Positions 1 to 9,051 of a stretch of 50,720 nt of DNA are shown in pieces. Numbering within the stretch: position 1 is the first letter of the stretch; each line of letters starts with the position of its first letter. Source of the stretch: an uncultured Clostridia bacterium (lineage in GTDB: Bacteria; Bacillota; Clostridia; TANB77; CAG-508); contig CANRQI010000001.1 of the NCBI GenBank assembly GCA_947632835.1, positions 1 to 50,720 on the forward strand, in the 5' to 3' direction. Under the pieces are notes generated by a model, which did no database searches, had not been told where the DNA came from, and saw only the letters and a program-made list of their open reading frames with translations. The translations under genes and the position numbers were made by a program.

Positions 1-110
1 CTTAGTAGTCCCTTTAATATATCCTCATTTCCTTTATATCCAAACAATCTTTTAAATATGTAATCATTTGTTGGTTTTAATATTTTTCTTTTAATTTCAT
101 TTTTCTTCAA
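1..110 (-). CDS. N-terminal fragment (gene runs off left edge) of an Rpn-family / PD-(D/E)XK nuclease-type putative transposase
   Basis: Minus-strand reading from TTG 110..108 (GGAGGG 8 nt upstream) gives LKKNEIKRKILKPTNDYIFKRLFGYKGNEDILKGLL. From memory this resembles the typical N-terminus of this family. It is absent from the ORF track because the window truncates it. Confidence 0.4.
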   Translation of the reverse strand, partial: MKKNEIKRKILKPTNDYIFKRLFGYKGNEDILKGLL

Positions 111-159
111 TATTTTTTCCCTCCATTGCAATGTATTTTTTTAGTTTCAATTTTTTTAT

Positions 160-303
160 GGTTATAAAAATATATGTTTTATTCGTACTCCCAACAACGC
201 ACAGTCTGTAAAATTTTAAAATTCTGTGGAACATAAAATTTAACAGACTGTAGCTAGCTGATTCCCACAAAACAACTTCATAAAACATATATTTTTCATA
301 ACT
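160..303 (-). repeat. Palindromic MITE-like element, family A, copy A1 (most diverged copy)
   Basis: About 145 nt. It aligns along its whole length with 1084..1231 (opposite orientation) and 6898..7050. Termini form a ~25-nt inverted repeat (AAGTTATGAAAAATATATGTTTTAT / ATAAAACATATATTTTTCAYAACTT), with an internal ACAGTCTGT / ACAGACTGT inverted pair. Confidence 0.8.
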
Positions 304-580
304 CATATATTAAATTAATACTTAAATTTTAATTTGTACTTCTCTAAAATTTTAATTTTTTTGGATTTTTTGGTTTGAAATAAACCAATGATTTTAAAAA
401 AATTTGATAAAAATATTGTAACACACTTCAGTACAAAATGCAATACTTTTTAATTGCATTTCGCATAAAAAATACCAAAATTTAAAGCAAACAATTTACA
501 TTTCAATATAATGATGATATAATTTTTAAAAATTAAAAAGAAAGAATATGCTAATATAACCATATTACGAGGACTGATAT

Positions 581-1042
581 ATGAAAATAGGATTTTATGC
601 TGGTAGCTTTGATCCATTTACAAATGGACATCTACATGTAATAAAAGTTTCCGCACAAATATTTGATAAAGTTATAATTGGTATTGGTGTTAATACTGCT
701 AAAAAAAGAAAATTTGATAAAAACATTATGAAAGAAGCAATTGAAAAAGTTTTAAAATCTGAAAAGCTTACAAATATACAAGTTATTACCTATTCAAACC
801 TTACAGTTGATTGTGCAATAGAAAATAATGCAAATTTTCTAATTAGAGGTATTAGAAATGGAATGGATTATGATTATGAAGAAAATATTGCACTAATTAA
901 TGAAGAAATATCTAATATCGATACCATATATGTTAGAGCTGGTCGTCTTGGTGCATTAAGTTCTAGTATGGTAATTGAATTATTACAAAATGGAAAGGAT
1001 GTATCAAATCTTCTTCCAAAAGAAATTTTAGAAATAATTTAA
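581..1042 (+). CDS. coaD: Phosphopantetheine adenylyltransferase
   Basis: 153 aa with the GSFDPFTNGH nucleotidyltransferase motif and family-typical length. A GAGGA SD lies upstream of the ATG. Confidence 0.9.
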   Translation: MKIGFYAGSFDPFTNGHLHVIKVSAQIFDKVIIGIGVNTAKKRKFDKNIMKEAIEKVLKSEKLTNIQVITYSNLTVDCAIENNANFLIRGIRNGMDYDYEENIALINEEISNIDTIYVRAGRLGALSSSMVIELLQNGKDVSNLLPKEILEII

Positions 1043-1083
1043 AATATAAATTTGAGTTTTTGCATTTTAAATTAAAACCTCCT

Positions 1084-1231
1084 AAGTTATGAAAAATATA
1101 TGTTTTATGAATGAGTTTCGTGGGGACCGACTAGCTACAGTCTGTTAAATTTTTTGTTCTACAGAATTTTAAAATTTTACAGACTGTGCGTATGTTGGGA
1201 TAATGAATAAAACATATATTTTTCACAACTT
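1084..1231 (+). repeat. Palindromic MITE-like element, family A, copy A2
   Basis: The 25-nt terminal inverted repeat AAGTTATGAAAAATATATGTTTTAT ... ATAAAACATATATTTTTCACAACTT has one mismatch. Internal motifs are GTTTCGTGGGGACCG, ACAGTCTGT...ACAGACTGT and GTTGGGATAATG. By eye it is about 95 percent identical to the reverse complement of 6898..7050. Confidence 0.85.
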
Positions 1232-1284
1232 AAATGGTGTATTAAAAAGTGCAAAAACTCAAAATATATAAAAAGGAACAAAAA

Positions 1285-2172
1285 ATGATTTTAAAATATA
1301 TAAATGAAGATAATAAATTTACAAACATAAAACAAGTTGCAAAAGAGCATTTTCAAATGTCTGATAGACTATTATGTAAATTAAAAAATAAAAAATTAAT
1401 TTTTAAAAATACATATACTGCAAAAGTTACTGAAAAAATATCTTTACATGACGTCATTGAATTTTATTTAGATTACGAAGAATCTTCTGATAATATTATT
1501 CCTACTAAAATGGATTTAGATATTATTTACGAAGACGATTTTCTACTAATCATAAACAAACCTCCATTTTTGCCTGTCCATCCATCATTAAACTACTATG
1601 AAAATAGTCTTTCTAATGGTGTTAAATACTATTTTAATCAAATAAATTTGAATAAAAAAATAAGAATTGTAAATAGACTAGATAAAGATACTTCTGGTCT
1701 TGTTATTTTTGCTAAAAATGAATATATACAAGAATCATTAATTAAACAAATGCAATCTTCAAAATTCACCAAAAAATATTTAGGTATTTTAATTGGAATT
1801 TTTGACACTAAAGAAGGCTTTATTGAAGCACCTATCGCACGAAAAAAAAATAGCATTATTGAACGTGAAATTAACCCTAATGGTCAATTTGCAAAAACAT
1901 ATTTTAAAGTTTTAAAAGAAGAAAATAACATGAGTTTGGTAGAATTCACTTTAGAAACTGGACGTACTCATCAAATCAGATTACACGCAAAATATAAAGG
2001 CCACCCTTTACTAGGCGACACTCTATATGGCACAAAAACTAATCTTATAAATAGACAAGCATTACATGCCTTTCATATTCAATTTATACATCCAATTTCT
2101 AAAAAAATATTAACATTCACTATAAAATTACCAGAAGATATGGAAAAAATTATAAGTTATTCAAACTATTAA
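1285..2172 (+). CDS. RluA-family 23S rRNA pseudouridine synthase (RluD/RluC-like)
   Basis: Carries the signatures NRLDKDTSGLVIF (catalytic Asp) and GRTHQIRLH. The ORF track starts at GTG 1249, but ATG 1285 (MILKYIN...), just after repeat A2, is the more plausible start. Confidence 0.8.
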   Translation: MILKYINEDNKFTNIKQVAKEHFQMSDRLLCKLKNKKLIFKNTYTAKVTEKISLHDVIEFYLDYEESSDNIIPTKMDLDIIYEDDFLLIINKPPFLPVHPSLNYYENSLSNGVKYYFNQINLNKKIRIVNRLDKDTSGLVIFAKNEYIQESLIKQMQSSKFTKKYLGILIGIFDTKEGFIEAPIARKKNSIIEREINPNGQFAKTYFKVLKEENNMSLVEFTLETGRTHQIRLHAKYKGHPLLGDTLYGTKTNLINRQALHAFHIQFIHPISKKILTFTIKLPEDMEKIISYSNY

Positions 2173-2178
2173 TTCTAT

Positions 2179-2943
2179 TTATTCCACTGGTTGTGTTGAT
2201 TGATTTTGATATTGATAATATTCATAAGCAACTTCAACCATTAAAGCAAATTGTCCTCCAACAATTTTATATTTATCACCAATTTTTGCAACATATACAT
2301 CATAAATATCAGTATTTTTTTCATCTCCTAAATTCATAGTTAGAACTACCTGAATTTTGTTTAAAGATTCTGTGTTTTCTATTTTTTCTACAGATCTTAC
2401 TTCATCTACTGACATTTTATAATCTTTAAAAAATTCTTTCAATATTTTTACTCTATCGCCTTCTACTTTTTCCAAGAATTCTTTAAAATCTGAATAATTT
2501 TCTTCTTTTTCAATATTTTTATACTTCTCATCAAATTCAGTATATTTTTCTTCATCAGTAACTAAAAGTGTATAAAATCCTCTCATATCAACACTATTTG
2601 CTAATTCTTCCCATTGTCCATTTGAAAAATAAGTAGCAAAATCTAAAACAACATTTTCTGGTTTATTCATATTAATTATAAAAAATGCTGCTAATCCACC
2701 AATTGCAGATAGAATCAATAAAATTACAACTATTATAGCTACTGTTTTTTTCTTGTTCTTTTTTGGTACAATGATGTTTCCTTCTTCATCATATTCGGGT
2801 TCTTTATTTTTTTTCTTTAATTTTTCTTCCTTTTTCTTCTTTTTTAATTCTTCTTTTTCTTTTTCAAACTCATCATCATCTAATTGCTCTGGAATGACAA
2901 CTGGTTCCTCTTCTAAATTTTTATTATCCTCATTTCCTTCCAT
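2179..2943 (-). CDS. Single-pass membrane protein, Lys/Glu-rich cytoplasmic N-terminus plus ~150-aa external domain (hypothetical)
   Basis: AGGAGG lies 7 nt before ATG 2943; the track start at 2964 is upstream of this SD. It has one TM helix (VAIIVVILLILSAIGGLAAFFII). Its architecture and C-terminal motif (KYKIVGG) parallel the neighbouring gene 3034..3741. Confidence 0.5.
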   Translation of the reverse strand: MEGNEDNKNLEEEPVVIPEQLDDDEFEKEKEELKKKKKEEKLKKKNKEPEYDEEGNIIVPKKNKKKTVAIIVVILLILSAIGGLAAFFIINMNKPENVVLDFATYFSNGQWEELANSVDMRGFYTLLVTDEEKYTEFDEKYKNIEKEENYSDFKEFLEKVEGDRVKILKEFFKDYKMSVDEVRSVEKIENTESLNKIQVVLTMNLGDEKNTDIYDVYVAKIGDKYKIVGGQFALMVEVAYEYYQYQNQSTQPVE

Positions 2944-2983
2944 TCGTTTTCCTCCTAATATCAAGCAAATATTATAAAGCTAT

Positions 2984-3018
2984 AAATGTCCTGAAATATC
3001 AAGTATTTCAGGACATTT
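2984..3018 (-). terminator. Hairpin downstream of 3034..3741
   Basis: Perfect 15-bp inverted repeat AAATGTCCTGAAATA / TATTTCAGGACATTT with a 5-nt loop. The trailing U-run is weak. Confidence 0.5.
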
Positions 3019-3033
3019 CAATTTAAGCACTTA

Positions 3034-3741
3034 TTAAAACATATAGTTTAATGAATCTAAAACATCAGCACCAACTATATAATATTTTCCACCTTTTTTC
3101 ATAACATAGTATGAAGATGTATTTGTGTCTTTATCACCATCTTCTTTTGATTCAATTTGAGCTCTTACTTCCCATAAGTTCTTTGTTATTTTTTTTACCT
3201 TTTTAAATTTCTTTACTTTGAATTTAATATCACTATCTTCCATTGAATCGTTAATATCTTCAATTGTATCTTCATCTTCTAAAGCTTCTTCAATTCTATC
3301 TTTAATTTCATCATATTCATCACTATCTTCAATTTCCTCATATTTATCCCAGAAATCTTCATAGTCATCTTCGTCTAAATCTGATAAAGCTGCATAACCA
3401 ACCCAATCCATCTTTTTAACTACTTTTCTAATATCTTTAGAATTCATTGCAGCATATAAATCTTTTACAGCACTTTTTGGACTTCCAATAAATAAAACAG
3501 ATACTACTATAGCTACTATAATAATAAATATAATACCTAAAATTAATCCTTTTTTAGCTTTTATTGAACTTACAACTGCATTTGATGAACTTTGTGAATT
3601 ACTATTTGTAGAACTTGTAGAATTTGAAGTAACATTATTTTCAACAACATTGTTAGTAACCGCATTGTTTTCAACAGTACCATTATTAGCACTATTATTG
3701 TTATCACTAAAATTGTTGTTATTGTTTTCATTATCTTCCAT
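3034..3741 (-). CDS. Single-pass membrane protein, Asn/Ser-rich N-terminus plus external domain (hypothetical, paralogue of 2179..2943)
   Basis: 235 aa with SD AAAGGGGA. It has a low-complexity N/S-rich N-terminus and a TM helix (LILGIIFIIIVAIVVSVLFI). The acidic external domain ends in KYYIVGA. Confidence 0.5.
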   Translation of the reverse strand: MEDNENNNNNFSDNNNSANNGTVENNAVTNNVVENNVTSNSTSSTNSNSQSSSNAVVSSIKAKKGLILGIIFIIIVAIVVSVLFIGSPKSAVKDLYAAMNSKDIRKVVKKMDWVGYAALSDLDEDDYEDFWDKYEEIEDSDEYDEIKDRIEEALEDEDTIEDINDSMEDSDIKFKVKKFKKVKKITKNLWEVRAQIESKEDGDKDTNTSSYYVMKKGGKYYIVGADVLDSLNYMF

Positions 3742-3823
3742 TAAAATCCCCTTTCATTTAATATTATGCAAAACAATGTATAATATTAAAAAATTATTTG
3801 ATATATAATTTATATAACAAAAC

Positions 3824-4852
3824 TTATAATTTGTCAATATTTTTAATATTTCCTTTTCCATCTTTTGACATTATTTTCAATATAGAACCTGTTACTATTG
3901 GAATTTGAGGTGCAACATGACCTATATCAATATCACAAATTATAGGAATATTTGTAATTTTTAAAGCATCTCTTATCATTTGATAATATGATAATCCATA
4001 ATCTTCTCTTATTATGAGTGGTCTACCAAATATTATTCCTTTACAATTTTCAAAATATCCACTATTTTTCATTTGCCATAATTTTCTATATACATCTGGT
4101 GTACTAGCTTCAAATATTTCTAAAAACCATATAATTCCATCATTTTTATACTTTTTTATGTATTCTTTTGTTTTATCATATTTTGTACCAATTAATTCTG
4201 CAATAACATCTAAACATCCACCAATACATCTTCCAGAAACTTGTATTTCATCCTCACCATTTAGATTAACCCATTTTACATTTTTCGTTAAATCATAACC
4301 TGAATAAGGATTCTTATTTTCTTTATCCCATCCTTTAAATTCTTCACATTTTTCATAAGAATTTTGAACAAGTTCCTCTTTTCTCATAAGTTTTATTGAG
4401 TTTTCTAAGCTAATATGCCATTCATCCATTCCAAAACTTTTATATGTAGGACCATAAATTGTTGCTATATCAAGATTTGTTGTAAATACATAGCTTAAAT
4501 TAGTAACATCTGAATAACCCTGTACCCATTTAGGTTTGTATTTTTTTAGCTCATCAAAATCTAATTCATCTAATACTTCACATAAAAAATCTCCACCTTC
4601 TGCTATAATAATAGATTTTACTTTTTCATCTTTCCATAATTCCATAAACTCTTTTGCCCTTTGTTCTTTACTAGAACTTCTAGCATTAACATGTGTTCTA
4701 ACATTTTTTGTTTCTTTAACTATAAAACCTCTTTTTTCTAAATTTTTTTTAGCATTATTAGCTCTTAAACAATCTGTTTCATCTATTATTCCGTTAGACA
4801 TTGCAGTAATTCCAATAACATCTCCTGTTTTTAAAGGTTCTGGATATAACAT
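3824..4852 (-). CDS. LD-carboxypeptidase (peptidase S66, LdcA/MccF-like)
   Basis: 342 aa. The N-terminus LKTGDVIGITAMSNG, the nucleophile motif VQGYSDVTNL and the C-terminal DIGHV histidine motif are typical of S66. SD is AGGAGG. Confidence 0.75.
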   Translation of the reverse strand: MLYPEPLKTGDVIGITAMSNGIIDETDCLRANNAKKNLEKRGFIVKETKNVRTHVNARSSSKEQRAKEFMELWKDEKVKSIIIAEGGDFLCEVLDELDFDELKKYKPKWVQGYSDVTNLSYVFTTNLDIATIYGPTYKSFGMDEWHISLENSIKLMRKEELVQNSYEKCEEFKGWDKENKNPYSGYDLTKNVKWVNLNGEDEIQVSGRCIGGCLDVIAELIGTKYDKTKEYIKKYKNDGIIWFLEIFEASTPDVYRKLWQMKNSGYFENCKGIIFGRPLIIREDYGLSYYQMIRDALKITNIPIICDIDIGHVAPQIPIVTGSILKIMSKDGKGNIKNIDKL

Positions 4853-4870
4853 TTTTTCCTCCTATAATCT

Positions 4871-4903
4871 AAAAAATGAGTGAAAAAAATTCACTCATTT
4901 TTT
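4871..4903. terminator. Bidirectional intrinsic terminator after tsf
   Basis: AAAAAATGAGTGAA-loop-TTCACTCATTTTTT: a 9-bp stem flanked by an A-run and a T-run. Confidence 0.7.
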
Positions 4904-4907
4904 AATT

Positions 4908-5783
4908 TTATTTTAATTGTTTCATAACTTCTTCAGCAAAGTTTTCTTCTTTTTTCTCAATTCCTTCGCCTTTTTCAAATCTAGCAAATTTTACAACTTC
5001 ACTATTATTTGCTTTTAATAAATCTGAAACTTTTTGATCTGGATTTTTAACAAATGGTTGATTCAATAGACAAATTTCTCCATAGAATTTTCCAATTCTA
5101 CCTTTAACCATTTTTTCTGCTATTTCAGCAGGTTTTCCTTCATTCATTGCTTGTGCTTTTAAAATTTCCATTTCTTTATTTACAACATCTTCTGGAACTT
5201 CTGATTCACAAACATATTCTGGTTTTGATGCTGCAATTTGCATACAAACATCTTTAGCTGTTGTACTATCTCCTTTAGATAATTCAACCAAAACAGCTAT
5301 TTTTCCATCACCATGTATATAACTTTCAACTAAACCATCTGTTTTAAATCTAACAAATCTTCTAATTGTCATATTTTCACCTATTGTAGCAATTTTATCT
5401 GTTAATACTTCTTGAACTGTTTTTCCTGTTTCTAAGTATTTTTCTTCTAATAGTTTATTTACATCAGATGGATTTGTATTAGCAACTATTTGAGCTACAT
5501 CATTAACAAAGCTTTTAAAATCTTCATTTTTAGCAACAAAATCTGTTTCAGCATTAACTTCAACAATTGCTCCTATTTTTTTATCATTTGATATATAACT
5601 ACTAACTAAACCTTCAGCTGTAACTCTTCCTGATTTCTTAGCTGCTTTTGCAATTCCTCTTTCTCTTAATAATTCAGATGCTTTTTCCATGTCTCCATCA
5701 GTTTCTGATAAAACTTTTTTGCAATCCATCATTCCAGCACCTGTTTTTTCTCTTAACTCTTTTACCATATTTGCAGTTATCAT
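4908..5783 (-). CDS. tsf: Translation elongation factor Ts
   Basis: 291 aa. The N-terminal UBA-like ITANMVKELREKTGAGMMDCKKVL is characteristic, and the gene sits directly downstream of rpsB. Confidence 0.95.
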   Translation of the reverse strand: MITANMVKELREKTGAGMMDCKKVLSETDGDMEKASELLRERGIAKAAKKSGRVTAEGLVSSYISNDKKIGAIVEVNAETDFVAKNEDFKSFVNDVAQIVANTNPSDVNKLLEEKYLETGKTVQEVLTDKIATIGENMTIRRFVRFKTDGLVESYIHGDGKIAVLVELSKGDSTTAKDVCMQIAASKPEYVCESEVPEDVVNKEMEILKAQAMNEGKPAEIAEKMVKGRIGKFYGEICLLNQPFVKNPDQKVSDLLKANNSEVVKFARFEKGEGIEKKEENFAEEVMKQLK

Positions 5784-5804
5784 AATAAAATAACCTCCCT
5801 ATAT

Positions 5805-6587
5805 TTATTCTTCGCTCTCTTCTTCGGCTACAACTTCTTCCATTGATTTTGATTCTTCATTTTCTTCTGAAGACTCTTCTACACTTTCAGAAACTTCTCC
5901 ATCAACACCTTGTCTACCTTCTATAACAGCATTTGCTATAACATCAGCTATTAATTTTACTGCTCTTATAGCATCATCATTTCCAGGTATAGCATAATCA
6001 ACATCTTCTGGATTACAGTTAGTATCTATTAAACCAACAACTGGTATTCCTAATTTTCTAGCTTCTAATACAGCTATTCTTTCTTTTTTAGGATCAACAA
6101 CAAAAAGAACTCCTGGAATTTCGTTCATTTCTTTAATTCCACCAAGATTTTTTTGTAATTTTTCCATTTCTTTCTTTAAAAGTATAACTTCTTTTTTAGG
6201 TAATACATCAAATGTACCATCTTGAGACATTTCTTCTAAATCAGCTAATCTTTTAACTCTTCCTTGTATTGTTTTGAAATTTGTAAGCATTCCACCTAAC
6301 CATCTTTGATCAACATAGTACATATTGCATTTTTCAGCTGCTTCCTTAATACAATCTTGTGCTTGTTTTTTAGTTCCTACAAAAAGAACTGTTTTTCCCT
6401 CTTCTGATTGCTCTTTAACAAAAGCATAAGCTTCATCTAATTTTTTAGATGTTTTTTGTAAATCAATAATATGGATTCCATTTCTTGCTTGAAAAATATA
6501 TTCAGCCATTTTAGGATCCCATCTTCTTGTTTGATGTCCAAAATGAACACCTGCTTCAAGTAATTGTTTCATTGCAACTACTGCCAT
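5805..6587 (-). CDS. rpsB: 30S ribosomal protein S2
   Basis: [27 protein letters not shown] is the canonical S2 start. AGGAGG precedes ATG 6587, so the track start at 6665 adds 26 spurious residues. The C-terminal tail is acidic. Confidence 0.95.
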   Translation of the reverse strand: MAVVAMKQLLEAGVHFGHQTRRWDPKMAEYIFQARNGIHIIDLQKTSKKLDEAYAFVKEQSEEGKTVLFVGTKKQAQDCIKEAAEKCNMYYVDQRWLGGMLTNFKTIQGRVKRLADLEEMSQDGTFDVLPKKEVILLKKEMEKLQKNLGGIKEMNEIPGVLFVVDPKKERIAVLEARKLGIPVVGLIDTNCNPEDVDYAIPGNDDAIRAVKLIADVIANAVIEGRQGVDGEVSESVEESSEENEESKSMEEVVAEEESEE

Positions 6588-6703
6588 TTTTAAATTCCTC
6601 CTTATTTGTTTTATTCCTCTGCATATTTTTAAACATTTAAAACAACTTAAATATTTTAAGCACAATTTTAAACTAAATACACATGTGTTTTTTAACGTAT
6701 AAA

Positions 6704-6732
6704 ATTATATCAGCAAAATGCTTTATTGTCAA
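6704..6732 (-). promoter_or_regulatory. Sigma-A type promoter of rpsB-tsf
   Basis: On the minus strand, TTGACA (6732..6727), a 17-nt spacer and TATAAT (6709..6704). Both hexamers match the consensus exactly. Confidence 0.6.
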
Positions 6733-6771
6733 CTGTTTTTATAATTAAGTTTCGGTGTTTTATATACGCTC

Positions 6772-6896
6772 AAAAAGCTTTAATATATTTTCTAAGTTAT
6801 GGTTTGTGGGGACCGTTTTAGAAAATGTTATAAACGTTAGTGAATTACATTTTCTTAAATGGGGAGAATAACTGAAAAAATATATTAAAGCTTTTT
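6772..6896 (+). repeat. Palindromic MITE-like element, family B, copy B1
   Basis: 20-nt terminal inverted repeat AAAAAGCTTTAATATATTTT / AAAATATATTAAAGCTTTTT. Internal motifs are AAGTTATGGTTTGTGGGGACCG, an inner inverted pair TTTAGAAAATGT / ACATTTTCTTAAA, and TGGGGAGAATAACT. A second copy lies inverted at 48192..48310. Confidence 0.8.
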
Positions 6897-6897
6897 T

Positions 6898-7050
6898 AGT
6901 TATTAAATAAAAATATATGTTTTATTCATTATCCCAACATACGCACAGTCTGTAAAATTTTAATATTCTGTAGAACATAAAATTTAACATACTGTAGCTA
7001 GTCGGTCCCCACGAAGCTCATTCATAAAACATATATTTTTTTTGCAACTT
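6898..7050 (-). repeat. Palindromic MITE-like element, family A, copy A3 (abuts B1)
   Basis: Its reverse complement aligns almost base for base with 1084..1231, including GTGGGGACCGACTAGCTACAG and GTTGGGATAATGAATAAAACATATATTTTT. Confidence 0.85.
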
Positions 7051-7068
7051 AATTTATAAAACAACATA

Positions 7069-7093
7069 CGGGATTGCAAAAAATGCAATCCCG
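7069..7093 (-). terminator. Intrinsic terminator of spoVG
   Basis: CGGGATTGCA-AAAAA-TGCAATCCCG: a 10-bp GC-containing stem 26 nt downstream of the spoVG stop. Confidence 0.65.
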
Positions 7094-7119
7094 TCCTTGT
7101 TATCAATTAAAATATCAAA

Positions 7120-7395
7120 TTATTCTTCCTCTGCTATTTCAGCATCAGGAGATTCATAAGCCTCTAATATTGCTTTTTGAATTTTTTCTCTGGTATCTTT
7201 GTTGATTGGATGAGCTATATCTTTAAATTCTCCATTTGGAGTTTTTTTACTAGGCATAGCCATAAATAATCCATTTTGACTTTCGATAACTTTAATGTCA
7301 TGAATAACAAATTCATTATCGAATGTTACAGAAGCAACAGCTTTCATTCTGTTTTCTGAATTTACTTTTCTTAAACGTACATCTGTGATTTCCAT
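7120..7395 (-). CDS. spoVG: Septation/sporulation regulator SpoVG
   Basis: 91 aa. [11 protein letters not shown]...[20 protein letters not shown]...FMAMPS...FKDIAHPIN is the conserved SpoVG core. Confidence 0.9.
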   Translation of the reverse strand: MEITDVRLRKVNSENRMKAVASVTFDNEFVIHDIKVIESQNGLFMAMPSKKTPNGEFKDIAHPINKDTREKIQKAILEAYESPDAEIAEEE

Positions 7396-7520
7396 TGTTT
7401 TCTAGCACCTCTTTCTCTTTGTTTATACATATAATATATATGTACATTTATATTATTCGCCATTAATCTTTTTTTTCCACCTAAATTTTACATATTTTTT
7501 ATAATAGAAAAATACTATAT

Positions 7521-8904
7521 TCATTCTAAAATCATAGGACCTATCTCTGTAACCGTTCCAGCTCCTAGAGTAACAATAATATCTCCTGTTTTTGCATTTT
7601 CTTTTAAAAACTCTACTATTTTTTTAAAATCACTTATATATTCAGCTGGCTTTCCTAATTCAATAATTTTATTTACTAAATCTTTTGAAGAAACACCATA
7701 AATATCTTTCTCCCTTGCAGCATAAATGTCAGTTATTATAATATTATCAAAATTTGTTAATACTTCTGCAAATTTATCCAAATGCTCTTTCGTTCTACTG
7801 TAAGTATGTGGCTGAAAAACAACCCATGATTTATTATATTTTTTATTTTTTACTGCATTTGCAGTTGCTAAAATTTCAGTAGGATGATGACCATAATCGT
7901 CAAAAATACTTATGCCATTAAATTTTCCTTTATATTCTAGTCTTCTAGATGCTCCTGTAAATTCAGCTAAAGCCTTCTTTATTTTTTCTTTACTAATTTT
8001 GTAATAATCTGATACAGCAATTGTTGCCAAACTATTTAAAACATTATGCTTTCCAGCAACTGATAAAGTAATATTTTCAAAAAATTCATTATTTTTATAA
8101 ACATCAAATTTTGCAAAACCATTATTATCAAATTCAATATTTTTGGCAATATAATCTGATTTTTTATTTTCAATACCATAAGTAATAAATTTTGCTTTAG
8201 TATCATCTTTTAAATTAATACAATTTTCATCATCACCATTTACAACTAGCAAACCATTTTCATCAACTAAATTTGCAAACTTTTTAAATGTTTTTATGAC
8301 ATTTTCAAAAGTTTTATAAAAATCTAAATGATCATTATCAATATTTAAAATTACTGCTGTATTTGGAAAAAAATTTAAAAAATTAGCTTTATATTCACAA
8401 GATTCCAATATAAAATAATCTGAACTTCCTATACGATAATTTCCATTAATTTTATTTAAAATTGCTCCAACTTCAATTGATGGATCAAGTTCTGCCTCCA
8501 AAAAACAACATGCTATCATAGAAGTAGTTGTTGTTTTTCCATGAGTTCCAGCTATACAAATTGCTTCTTTATATTTTTTAGTTAAAAAACCGTACAAACT
8601 TTCCTCTACTTATAATAGGTATATTTTTTTCTTTAGCTATAAGAATTTCTGGATCAGTATCAGAAATTGCTGCATTATATATAATTAAATCAGCTTTACT
8701 GGCTATATCTGGATTGCTTCCAATTGTTACATTAATTCCATCTTTTATCAATTTATCAGTAATTTCACTTGAATGTAAATCTGAACCTGTAACAATATAC
8801 CCCCATGTTTTTAAACATTCTGCTATTGCACTCATACTGATTCCGCCAATTCCTATAAAATGTATAATTTTAAATCCATCTAAACTTTCTAATTCAAACT
8901 CCAC
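7521..8904 (-). CDS. murC: UDP-N-acetylmuramate--L-alanine ligase, interrupted by a +1 frame change at an in-frame CGG
   Basis: Track pieces 8578..8904 (IGIGGISMS N-domain) and 7521..8597 (AGTHGKTTTT P-loop and C-terminal Mur ligase domains) are one gene. The junction is GTA CGG TTT TTT AAC TAA (CGG at 8590..8592). Skipping the C gives GGT TTT TTA ACT... The restored length of 460 aa is family-typical. Confidence 0.85.
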
Positions 8905-9051
8905 GTTAAATCTCTCCTTATTAGTTAAATAAATTTCTTATTTTATTATATTTTAAATTCTTTATTTACGTACATCATTCTAATTACTTTTTAACTATAT
9001 CACAAACTAAAAAAAAAATACATAGTTTTATTTAAGTTTTACATCACTATT

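Noticed and set aside
97-306. 69-aa ORF in the track (minus strand)
   Set aside because: It lies entirely over palindromic repeat copy A1 and the upstream SD region of the truncated Rpn-like gene. It has no SD of its own, and its sequence is dictated by the repeat. A similar artefactual 69-aa ORF covers the other repeat cluster.
5805-6665. Longer rpsB (286 aa) as given in the track
   Set aside because: The extra 26 residues ([13 protein letters not shown]...) precede the AGGAGG SD and are not S2-like. The start was reset to 6587.
160-7050. CRISPR array or tandem repeat interpretation of the repeated ~145-nt units
   Set aside because: Copies are dispersed, are in both orientations, are internally palindromic and have no regular spacers. 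No cas genes are present.
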